From the NCBI GenBank assembly GCA_052281595.1, contig DAWBRY010000004.1, forward strand, positions 67,854 to 131,853: 64,000 bases of DNA, in the 5' to 3' direction. Origin of the DNA: Collinsella sp. Its GTDB lineage: Bacteria; Actinomycetota; Coriobacteriia; Coriobacteriales; Coriobacteriaceae. The notes under the pieces were generated by a model. It was not told where the DNA came from. It worked only from the letters and a program-made list of their open reading frames with translations, and did no database searches. How positions within the stretch are numbered: the stretch's first letter is position 1; the number at the start of each line of letters is the position of its first letter. Position numbers and translations under genes: made by a program. This document shows positions 19,557-27,141 of this stretch, in pieces.

Positions 19557-20258
19557 ATGGCCGACCGAGATGCCAAACGCAAGAGGCCCATCACTTGCCT
19601 GGAAACCGGGGTAACCTTTGAGTCCGCCTATCGGGCGGCCAAGGAGCTCGGCTTCGCCGACTCGCGCAACATCTTCCGCTCCATCCAGCGCGGCACCTGC
19701 ACCCAGGGGCTGCATTTCTACTACGCCGATGCGCCGAAACCGTCGCCGGGGTTCTTCCTGCCTCCCAACAGGCCACCGCGTCCGGTGGTATGCCTCGACA
19801 CCGGCGAGACGTTCGAGTCGGCATTCCAGGCGGGCCGCGCGTTCGGCATCGCCGCCGGGGCCGTGCGCACATCGGCCAGCACGGGCGTCGAACGCAACGG
19901 GCTCCACTTCTATTACGGCGACGAGCCGAAACCGGGCCCGGAGTTCTTCAGGGAACGACATTCGAAGACCAGGCCCATCGTCTGCCTGGAAACCGGCGAG
20001 ACCTTCGACGGCAACCCGGCCGCCGCGCGCCCCCTGCACGTATCGCCCGCGACCATCAGCCAGGCCGTTCGCTACGGAACGCCCGTCGCCGGGCTCCATT
20101 TCTACCATGGAGACGAACCGAAGCCGGCTCCGGAGTTCTTCAAGCCGATCAAGCCCGAACGCGGTAAGAGCCCTATGCAGATGGCTGCCGCGGCTAGGGC
20201 CGCCGCGGGGAACCCGGGTCGCCCGGACGGTGGCCAGCGGCCCCGACGCGCGGTATAA
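19557..20258 (+). CDS. Protein with three tandem ~55-aa repeats of a small DNA-binding-type module, resembling the C-terminal DNA-binding repeats of phage homing endonucleases.
   Basis: Three repeats: PITCLETGVTFESAYRAAKELG…GLHFYYADAPKP, PVVCLDTGETFESAFQAGRAFG…GLHFYYGDEPKP and PIVCLETGETFDGNPAAARPL…GLHFYHGDEPKP. RBS AAGGGGA. The tail is a variant: …AAAARAAAGNPGRPDGGQRPRRAV. Confidence 0.55.
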   Translation: MADRDAKRKRPITCLETGVTFESAYRAAKELGFADSRNIFRSIQRGTCTQGLHFYYADAPKPSPGFFLPPNRPPRPVVCLDTGETFESAFQAGRAFGIAAGAVRTSASTGVERNGLHFYYGDEPKPGPEFFRERHSKTRPIVCLETGETFDGNPAAARPLHVSPATISQAVRYGTPVAGLHFYHGDEPKPAPEFFKPIKPERGKSPMQMAAAARAAAGNPGRPDGGQRPRRAV

Positions 20259-20272
20259 TCGATGCGGTCGGT

Positions 20273-20367
20273 AAGGCGCCCTCGGTTTCCGAGGGCGCCT
20301 TCTTGCGTCTTTTGGGAACGGTTTCAGTTTTCATGCGTAGGGCCCGCCGGTTTCCGGCGGGGCCTGC
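20273..20367 (+). terminator. Two consecutive GC hairpins with TTTCC loops that end the array transcript.
   Basis: ggcgccctcggtttccgagggcgcc and gggcccgccggtttccggcggggcc. Confidence 0.5.
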
Positions 20368-20439
20368 TTTCCCATGGGTTTCTCTGATGGCGGACGCCTT
20401 TTTGGGTTCCAGGGAGACTTTGGGGGGATCTGGTTGATT

Positions 20440-20505
20440 AGCCAGTGTTCCCAGAGTAAGTGGTTTAAACATAGACCATATTGGTATAATTGATGGGAGG
20501 AAGAT
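20440..20505 (+). promoter_or_regulatory. AT-rich sigma70-like promoter with an extended -10 (TGGTATAAT) for the abiE operon.
   Basis: …ttgattagcc…gtggtttaaacatagaccatattggtataattgatgggaggaag. An isolated AT-rich patch in a 65% GC context. RBS GGGAGGAAG before GTG 20518. Confidence 0.5.
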
Positions 20506-20517
20506 TGGAGGATTTCC

Positions 20518-21057
20518 GTGAAAAGCGTCGAGGCGATCAAGATCCTACATAGCTGCGACCTGGAGGGGCGGATTCTTTTCCGCAGCCGCGAGCTGGGAAC
20601 CCTTTTCGGTGAGTCCGGCGATACGCTCCGCTCGACCATCAAGAGGCTCGCCGCAGACGGGATCCTCGAGCGTGTCGCCCATGACGCATACCTCTACCTT
20701 CTGTTCCATCCCAACGGCTGCGATGTGCTCGGCCATATCGCGACGTTCCTGCGCCCCGGCGAGGTCACCTACGAAAGCCTCGAGTCCGCGGCATCGCAGT
20801 GGGGCTTCATCTCGCAAATCCCGCTCGGGCGCATCTCCTGCGTGACCACGGGCGCAGAAGGCCTCGTCGATACCCGATTCGGTGCCATCGAGTTTATCCA
20901 CACGGACGATGACTCGAACGACGTCAAACGGGGAATACTCGACCGTATGCCGAGGAATCGGCTGCCGATCGCGACCGAGGAGCGCTGCCTGCACGACCTC
21001 GTCTCGAGGAAACGCAGCCTGGAGCTTATCGATTGGGATGAAGTGGATGTTGATTGA
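20518..21057 (+). CDS. abiEi: AbiEi-family antitoxin / transcriptional regulator (type IV TA, abortive infection).
   Basis: N-terminal wHTH-like segment LRSTIKRLAADGILERVAHDAYLY. Overlaps and precedes an AbiEii NTase gene. Confidence 0.65.
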   Translation: MKSVEAIKILHSCDLEGRILFRSRELGTLFGESGDTLRSTIKRLAADGILERVAHDAYLYLLFHPNGCDVLGHIATFLRPGEVTYESLESAASQWGFISQIPLGRISCVTTGAEGLVDTRFGAIEFIHTDDDSNDVKRGILDRMPRNRLPIATEERCLHDLVSRKRSLELIDWDEVDVD

Positions 21058-22033
21058 CCTTGAGGAGCTTGCGGGTAATATCGCCAGCAAAGTCAATGGC
21101 GCCCGGCTTACGCCCGTCATCGAAAAGGAAATCGTCCATTACGAAATTATCCGGTCTCTTGGGAGGAACGACCTGCTTCGAGACATCACCTTTCAAGGCG
21201 GAACTTCCCTCCGCCTCTGCTACGGATCGCTTCGATATAGCGAAGACCTCGATTTCGTCGCCGGCGACAAGTTCGATTCGCTTCCCCTGGATGATTTCTC
21301 CAAGACCCTGCGCTCCGATCTGCTCAAGTCCTACGATACCGAGGTGAGCGTCAGGGAGCCCAAGGTCGTCAATGATTTCGATGGCGTCGGGATGCGGAGA
21401 TGGACGGTGTCCGTTAATACCAACATCGCGCGCCCCGATTTGCCGAAACAGCGGATCAAGCTGGAGATCGCGTCCGTTCCGGCGCATACGTCCACGATTC
21501 GCCGGGTCGCGGTCAACTATCCCGAACTTGATGGAATGTATGACAACCTCACGATCCGGTGCCAGACGCTCGAGGAGATTCTGGCCGACAAGCTCATCTC
21601 ATTCTCCGCCACCGATACGCATATCAGGCATCGCGACCTCTGGGATATCCCCTGGATCGTCCGTGCGCAGGAGATCGACTTCTCTGCCGTAGCCGCGCTT
21701 GTAGCGGCGAAGCACGCCGACTACCGCTGCCCCGCCTCCCTTGCCAGCATGATCGCCGTCGGCATGCAACGCGCTCACGTCTGCTATGCCGACGGGTCAT
21801 TTACCGGACAGATGCAGCGTTTCCTATCCCCTGCCGTCTTGAACCGCACGCACGATTTCGATAATCACTGCGATGCCCTCAATACAATCGTTGAGAAGTG
21901 CTTCGGCCGCGTCGTAACCTCCCTCGGTATCTCAAATGATGTCGAGCGTGCCAGACGCAGGCTCGCGACCGAGATATCGTTGGGTTCTATTTCGGCTGCC
22001 GTGCTACCGAAAAGGACCTTGGGGCTTTCTTAA
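21038..22033 (+). CDS. abiEii: Nucleotidyltransferase AbiEii/AbiGii-family toxin.
   Basis: Family hallmark FQGGTSLRLCYGSLRYSEDLDF. Overlaps abiEi by ~20 nt (alternative start at 21047). Confidence 0.75.
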   Translation: MKWMLIDLEELAGNIASKVNGARLTPVIEKEIVHYEIIRSLGRNDLLRDITFQGGTSLRLCYGSLRYSEDLDFVAGDKFDSLPLDDFSKTLRSDLLKSYDTEVSVREPKVVNDFDGVGMRRWTVSVNTNIARPDLPKQRIKLEIASVPAHTSTIRRVAVNYPELDGMYDNLTIRCQTLEEILADKLISFSATDTHIRHRDLWDIPWIVRAQEIDFSAVAALVAAKHADYRCPASLASMIAVGMQRAHVCYADGSFTGQMQRFLSPAVLNRTHDFDNHCDALNTIVEKCFGRVVTSLGISNDVERARRRLATEISLGSISAAVLPKRTLGLS

Positions 22034-22129
22034 GGTAACAAATTAGGGGTATGTAAAATATGCGGTTGGAAGTTGGTAAATAACTGGTTGGTCAATCGTG
22101 ATTCAGGCCATCAATGTCCAATCACGTAT

Positions 22130-22290
22130 TTTACATACCCACTTCTTCTTGGCCATCCTGAAAGCCCCTCCCCGAGAGCGTTGCGCGCAGGAAGACATCC
22201 ACCCTTGTATCTTCGCCACATATGGAGTATCTTCGCCATATCATTTATATTTGGCGAAGATACAAGGAATGTGGCGAAGATACCCCATGG
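22130..22290 (+). promoter_or_regulatory. AT-rich operator/promoter with nested inverted repeats upstream of fic.
   Basis: tgtatcttcgccacatatggagtatcttcgccatatcatttatatttggcgaagatacaaggaatgtggcgaagatacc. This contains the arms TATCTTCGCCA/TGGCGAAGATA and ATCTTCGCCACAT/ATGTGGCGAAGAT. Confidence 0.5.
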
Positions 22291-23330
22291 CTCAATTCGA
22301 CTATTCAAGGAAGCTCAGCACCCTTATGTCGCCCGAAATCATGTCGTCTATCGGCGATATGAGGGAGCACCGCGGAAGACAAGCGCTTTACGAGGCGACG
22401 AGGCCGGACGTGCTGGAAAGCCTCGTCGAGGTCGCGAAAATACAGAGCACGAGCGCGTCAAACAAAATCGAGAATATCGCGACCTCGGACAAAAGGCTTC
22501 GCGACCTGATGGCCGAGAAGGCCGAGCCGAAGAACCGAGACGAGCGCGAGATAGCCGGATACAGGTTCGTGCTCGACACGATCCACGAAAGGCACGATGC
22601 CGTACCCGTGACACCCGGCGTGATCCTGCAGCTCCATCGCGACCTGTACAGGTTCACTGGCGACTCGTTCGCAGGAAGGTGGAAGGATTCCGACAACGTG
22701 ATCGCCGAGAGGTCGGCCAGCGGGGAGATGGTCGCAAGGTTCAGGCCCACGAGCGCCGCCGCGACTCCGGCGGCGGTAGACGCCATCTGCAGGGAATACC
22801 GAGCGCAAATCGAAGCCGGAACGTACGATCCCGTCCTCGTGTCGCTGGTGTTCGTGTTCGATTTCGTGAGCATCCACCCGTTCAACGACGGGAACGGGCG
22901 CATGAGCAGGCTGCTCACCCTGCTCCTCCTATACCGATGCGGATACACGGTCGGAAAATACGTATCGATCGAAAAGGAAATCGAAAGATCGAAGGAAACG
23001 TACTATGAGGCGCTCGGCGCAAGCTCCGCCGGGTGGCAGGACGGCGAGAACGACTACACCCCGTTCGTGACCTACATGCTCGGCGTGATGACGGCCTGCT
23101 ACAAGGAGCTTGACAGGAGATTCGCCATTGCAGCGGGCCCCAAAGGCGGCGAAGGCATGCTGCGCGCATATTTCGAGCAGCTCGTCGGCGCAGCGACGAA
23201 GCGGGACATCATGGATGCGAACCCGTCCATAAGCAAGCGAACGGTCGAGCGCGTCCTCAAGAAGCTCCAAGATGACGGGACCATCGAGAAGACGGGCTCG
23301 GCGAGGTCTACCGCATATCGCAAACGCTAG
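22287..23330 (+). CDS. fic: Fic/DOC-family protein (AMPylase-type).
   Basis: Canonical Fic motif HPFNDGNGRMSRLL. The ATG at 22287 follows the operator. The upstream 189 nt of the ORF are AT-rich repeats, not coding. Confidence 0.8.
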   Translation: MAQFDYSRKLSTLMSPEIMSSIGDMREHRGRQALYEATRPDVLESLVEVAKIQSTSASNKIENIATSDKRLRDLMAEKAEPKNRDEREIAGYRFVLDTIHERHDAVPVTPGVILQLHRDLYRFTGDSFAGRWKDSDNVIAERSASGEMVARFRPTSAAATPAAVDAICREYRAQIEAGTYDPVLVSLVFVFDFVSIHPFNDGNGRMSRLLTLLLLYRCGYTVGKYVSIEKEIERSKETYYEALGASSAGWQDGENDYTPFVTYMLGVMTACYKELDRRFAIAAGPKGGEGMLRAYFEQLVGAATKRDIMDANPSISKRTVERVLKKLQDDGTIEKTGSARSTAYRKR

Positions 23331-23444
23331 GAACGGCGCCGTCAGGCTCGCTGAACGCGTCCTCGAAGGCCATCTCGCGGCGGATCTCGCCGTCCCTCGT
23401 CCTTCGAAAGCCGTCGGCCGATCTTGCTCGACGCGCCCCGCGCA

Positions 23445-23900
23445 TTAAACGTCGAGGTCGCGGAGCTCGTCGACGTACCTGCGGTCCATGAAGTGCGTGC
23501 CGCAGCGGGCGCAGAAGTCCCAGTGCTCGTCGACGAGGCACCCGCAGTAGCCGCACTCGGCGACGAGCCCGCCCGCATGGAGGCAGATGAACGCGATGTC
23601 GGGGGACAGCAGCGCGCTTTCACGATCGGACAGCTTGCCCGACCGCGCGATGCGCTCGGCCTCCTCCAGGTGCACGTAGCTCGCGGCGAGCCTCTTGTCG
23701 CCGTCTTCCAGCGCCTTGCCCTTCAGGTAGCCCATCACGCTCGACACGCTGTACTTCGGCGGTATCGCCAGCAGCATGTGCACATGGTCGGGCATGAGGT
23801 GCCCCTCGATTATCTCGACGCCCTTGTGCTCGCAGAGCCTCCTCAGGATCTCCCCTATGTCGGACCTGATTTGGCCGTAGATGGCCTTTCGCCTATACTT
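23445..23900 (-). pseudogene. IS200/IS605-family TnpA (HUH Y1 transposase) remnant. It is N-terminally truncated and C-terminally divergent.
   Basis: VVFTPKYRRKAIYGQ…IIEGHLMPDHVHMLLAIPPKYSVSSVMGYLKGK matches the IS200 TnpA core. It lacks the N-terminal Y/H strand and the C-terminal catalytic Tyr helix, so the tail is unrelated. There is no ATG start. Confidence 0.45.
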
Positions 23901-23977
23901 CGGCGTAAACACGACTGTACAAGGCAAAGGGCGGCAAGCTGGTGCGTACCGACGCGCCTGAGTAGCGAGAGGACGGC

Positions 23978-26479
23978 ATGGCCATGGATGAGGAGCGCGG
24001 GCTGGCCGTGCGCGAGGCGGGGTCCGACCTCGTCGCGAAGACCGAGAGGCAAGAGCCCTTGCTGTACTACGGCGGGAGCGGCAGCAACGGGGACAAGACC
24101 GCCATCGAGTACATCTCGGATATGCATCTGCTCCATCACGTGAGGTATTACGGCGGCGACATCCGCAAGACCGTCGACGAAGCGGCGAGGAACATCCGAG
24201 CATCCCACGCCGACCCGTTTTACACGAACTGGAAGACGGGCTGGATTGCGCCGAAGTCGATTTTCCTCGGCGACGTCGCGTCCGACAGGGACGTGACCGT
24301 CGAGTTCTACAGACGTTATTGGCTGAAAGTGGCATACCGCCAGTACAAGGAGTACAAGGCGCGGCTGATGGAGTCGCGGCCCAGCCCGGAGTCGGCGCGC
24401 AGGCAAGCGAACATCAAGCGCAGCGTCAAAAGCATCGACAAGTGCATCAGCGCCCAGAAGGACGAGTTCAAGCGGCTGAAGGCCAAAGTTGATAAGCATC
24501 TGAGTTACAGTCGCATCATCGCGCCGAAGGGCGGCATCAATGGTATCAAGGCATATCTCGCGAGCAGCTATTACAAGAAGCGCAATCTTCCGCGCTCCGC
24601 GAGGAAGAAGATTCTGGACGCCGCTGCCGCGAACGAGGAGCTGTGCCGGCTGGAGGGCATCAAGGCCAACCTCAAAGACAAGCTCGCGCTCGAGGAGCCG
24701 ATCGATCTGCGCGACTTCAGGTTCGACCTGCATCGATACAGCCCCTCGTTCGACTATCTCGGCATCGTGATCCTCGGCAACCACGAGTACGTCGGCTTTC
24801 CCGACGTCGACGCCGCCGTCGCGTTCTACAAGGAGAGCCTCGAGCCCCTGGGATATGCCGTCTTGCAGAACGAGTGCATCGAGGATGACAGGTGCGTCAT
24901 CTACGGCGGCACGGGCTTCGCGGCGCACAACGAGCGCTACAACGCGACGAACCTCGTGTGCTGCGACGCGATGACGGTCGACCGCGGGCTCTTCGCGATG
25001 GCCGCGCAGGGCCTCCCCGGCGCTGAGGCCGAGCTCAAGGAGGCTAAGGCCCGCGCGAGGGCGTACGAGGTCGAGCAGACTAGGCTGTTCGTGGAGGGCT
25101 ACGAGGCCGCACGCGAACGCGCCCGAAAGGCGGGCAAATGCTTCATCTGCGCCTCCCACTACCCGGCGGAGGACTGCCTCGGGCGCATCGACAGGGACGC
25201 AGTCTACTTCTCGGGACACACGCACCAAAACAGGTATCTCAGGTCGGAGAACGCGGTCATCTACGCCGACAACCAGGTCGGCTACCATAAGAGGGGCGGC
25301 TTCGACCCGAGGTGGGACATGCGATTCAAGAGGGCTACGACCGGATGCGCGAGGAATCCCTACGCCGACCTCGCCGACGGCTGCTACCCAACGACGGCCG
25401 ACGAGTACCTCAGCTTCTACCGGTTCATCGGCGAGTACGCTGGCACGGGCAAGATGATTCGCCAACGCTGCGAGAAGAACGACATGCACGTCATCAAGTC
25501 CAACGGCTATTACGGGTTCTTCCTCGTGGGCGAGAACGGGACGTCCATCGTCAACGGCGGCAAGACGAAGAGGGTCAGCACGCACCGCGACATCAAGTGG
25601 GCGCACGACAACTTCGACACCGTCGTGTCCAAGTACCTCGCCGCGCTCGCGCCGCTGCGCGAGAGGCAGGAGCAGGTCTCTGGCGAGCTGAAGCGACTCG
25701 GTTTCTCGGGGAACATCCACGGCCTCATCGTGGACGTGAACTTCTCCCATCACATCATGGTGAACCCTGCCGACGGCTCGCTAGTGTTCTATTATTCGCC
25801 TGAGTACGGATGGGTTGGCACGTTCGATTCGTTCCCGAAGCTGCTCGAGCACGTGAAGGATTCCGAGCAGCTGCACATCGACATGAACCCACTGTACGCG
25901 TTGCAGGCGGGAGACACGCCAACAAGGTGCGATGTCGCACTCGAGAGGTACGACGCCGGCGTGCTCGCGCCATCCCCGTCGATGGCGCTGGCCCCGGCGA
26001 GCATCGAGGGCGTTGAGGTCCTCGAGAAATCCGAGGGGCGCGACCTCGACCGGCTGGTGAACGTCGACCTCGAGCACGGGGCCTATAAGCTGTCCCGCGA
26101 CGTAGCGCCCCTGCAGCGGCTGTTCTCGAAGCACGTGCTGCGCAACTTCGATGCGAGATTGGCCGAGCTCGACGACGGCAGCGCCGCGCGCAGGACGAAG
26201 TCGATGGCCGGGCGCGTGTTCAAGGACGAGTTCGGCATGATGTGGCTCATCGTGGGCGACGACCTCGGCGAGTTCGTCGACGCGCTCGACCAGGACGGCA
26301 AGGAGCGGCGCGTCACCGTGCTCGCGCTCAGGAAGCTGGTCGCCACACAGGGCGACGGGCGCTGGTTGACGAAGAGCCTCGATGAGACGGAGTCGGCCTT
26401 CAAGGGCAGGTACCAGCCGAAGGCGTGGCGCGGCGCCTTGCCGTCGCTGCGTCTAAGAGACCTCAGCGCAGGCGAATGA
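23978..26479 (+). CDS. Large (833-aa) calcineurin-like metallophosphoesterase-domain protein with long insertions.
   Basis: MPP motifs in order: ISDMHL (D-x-H), FLGDVASDRD (GD…D), LGNHEY (GNH[DE]) and SGHTHQN (GH-x-H). It sits next to abiE and fic. Confidence 0.6.
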   Translation: MAMDEERGLAVREAGSDLVAKTERQEPLLYYGGSGSNGDKTAIEYISDMHLLHHVRYYGGDIRKTVDEAARNIRASHADPFYTNWKTGWIAPKSIFLGDVASDRDVTVEFYRRYWLKVAYRQYKEYKARLMESRPSPESARRQANIKRSVKSIDKCISAQKDEFKRLKAKVDKHLSYSRIIAPKGGINGIKAYLASSYYKKRNLPRSARKKILDAAAANEELCRLEGIKANLKDKLALEEPIDLRDFRFDLHRYSPSFDYLGIVILGNHEYVGFPDVDAAVAFYKESLEPLGYAVLQNECIEDDRCVIYGGTGFAAHNERYNATNLVCCDAMTVDRGLFAMAAQGLPGAEAELKEAKARARAYEVEQTRLFVEGYEAARERARKAGKCFICASHYPAEDCLGRIDRDAVYFSGHTHQNRYLRSENAVIYADNQVGYHKRGGFDPRWDMRFKRATTGCARNPYADLADGCYPTTADEYLSFYRFIGEYAGTGKMIRQRCEKNDMHVIKSNGYYGFFLVGENGTSIVNGGKTKRVSTHRDIKWAHDNFDTVVSKYLAALAPLRERQEQVSGELKRLGFSGNIHGLIVDVNFSHHIMVNPADGSLVFYYSPEYGWVGTFDSFPKLLEHVKDSEQLHIDMNPLYALQAGDTPTRCDVALERYDAGVLAPSPSMALAPASIEGVEVLEKSEGRDLDRLVNVDLEHGAYKLSRDVAPLQRLFSKHVLRNFDARLAELDDGSAARRTKSMAGRVFKDEFGMMWLIVGDDLGEFVDALDQDGKERRVTVLALRKLVATQGDGRWLTKSLDETESAFKGRYQPKAWRGALPSLRLRDLSAGE

Positions 26480-26501
26480 CCCGAATCTACCGGCGCCCAT
26501 T

Positions 26502-26545
26502 GGGGCCCGCCTTCCCCACCGAGGGAGGACGGGCCCTTTTTTGTG
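26502..26545. terminator. Bidirectional hairpin between the convergent MPP and HNH genes.
   Basis: ggggcccgccttccccaccgagggaggacgggcccttttttg. Confidence 0.45.
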
Positions 26546-26569
26546 CCTGTATCAGCATGATTCAACCTG

Positions 26570-26953
26570 TTATTCCAGGTAGCGGTTTCCCTTGCCGCAG
26601 TTGCAGTCCTCGCATAGGGTCTGGAGGTTGGACATCACCGTCTTGCCGCCGCGCGATACGGGGACGATATGGTCGACGTGGAGCTTCACGCCGTCCTCGC
26701 GGCCGCGCCCGCAGCGGACGCAGTGAAAATCATCGCGACGGAGCACGTCGTAGCGCATCGCGCGAGTCACCTTGGCATGCTCCGCATCGTTGGCCATGCG
26801 GCGGTCCTGATATTCCAAGCGGCGCTTCTCACGTGCCTGCTTTCGTTTCGCCTTCTTGTGATCCCTGATAAGCATCGTGACGATAGCCTCAATGCCCCAA
26901 AGAACAGCAGCGAACATTACGAAAGGCATGAGGGCTTCTACCATTGCGTCCAT
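26570..26953 (-). CDS. HNH endonuclease with an N-terminal transmembrane helix.
   Basis: HVDHIVPVSRGGKTVMSNLQTLCEDCNCGKGN (H-N-H with Zn Cys). The N-terminus MDAMVEALMPFVMFAAVLWGIEAIVTMLI is hydrophobic. Confidence 0.65.
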   Translation of the reverse strand: MDAMVEALMPFVMFAAVLWGIEAIVTMLIRDHKKAKRKQAREKRRLEYQDRRMANDAEHAKVTRAMRYDVLRRDDFHCVRCGRGREDGVKLHVDHIVPVSRGGKTVMSNLQTLCEDCNCGKGNRYLE

Positions 26954-27141
26954 TTGGGTTTCCTCTTTCTGTTAAGTGGTTGATGTAGCAAACTGCCCGA
27001 CTTGTACCCGGATGGGAGGAAATCTATTTGCTGAGCTGGGGGGTCTATCGAATGAAAAGGCACCCGGTGTCCGGGCGCCAGCTTGGGTTCGTTGTTGGGC
27101 CCGCCGGTTTCCGGCGGGGGCTGGGATGTTGGCGAATCGCG

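Noticed and set aside
18113-19594. 493-aa minus-strand ORF
   Set aside because: It is antisense to array gene 18221..19546, which carries the conserved tail and an RBS.
22098-22286. 5' extension of the Fic ORF
   Set aside because: It is AT-rich and consists of inverted repeats. It reads as an operator rather than coding sequence, so the start was moved to ATG 22287.
23855-25753. 632-aa minus-strand ORF
   Set aside because: It is antisense to the motif-bearing MPP gene (23978..26479). Its Arg/Leu/Val-rich composition is typical of GC-rich shadow frames.
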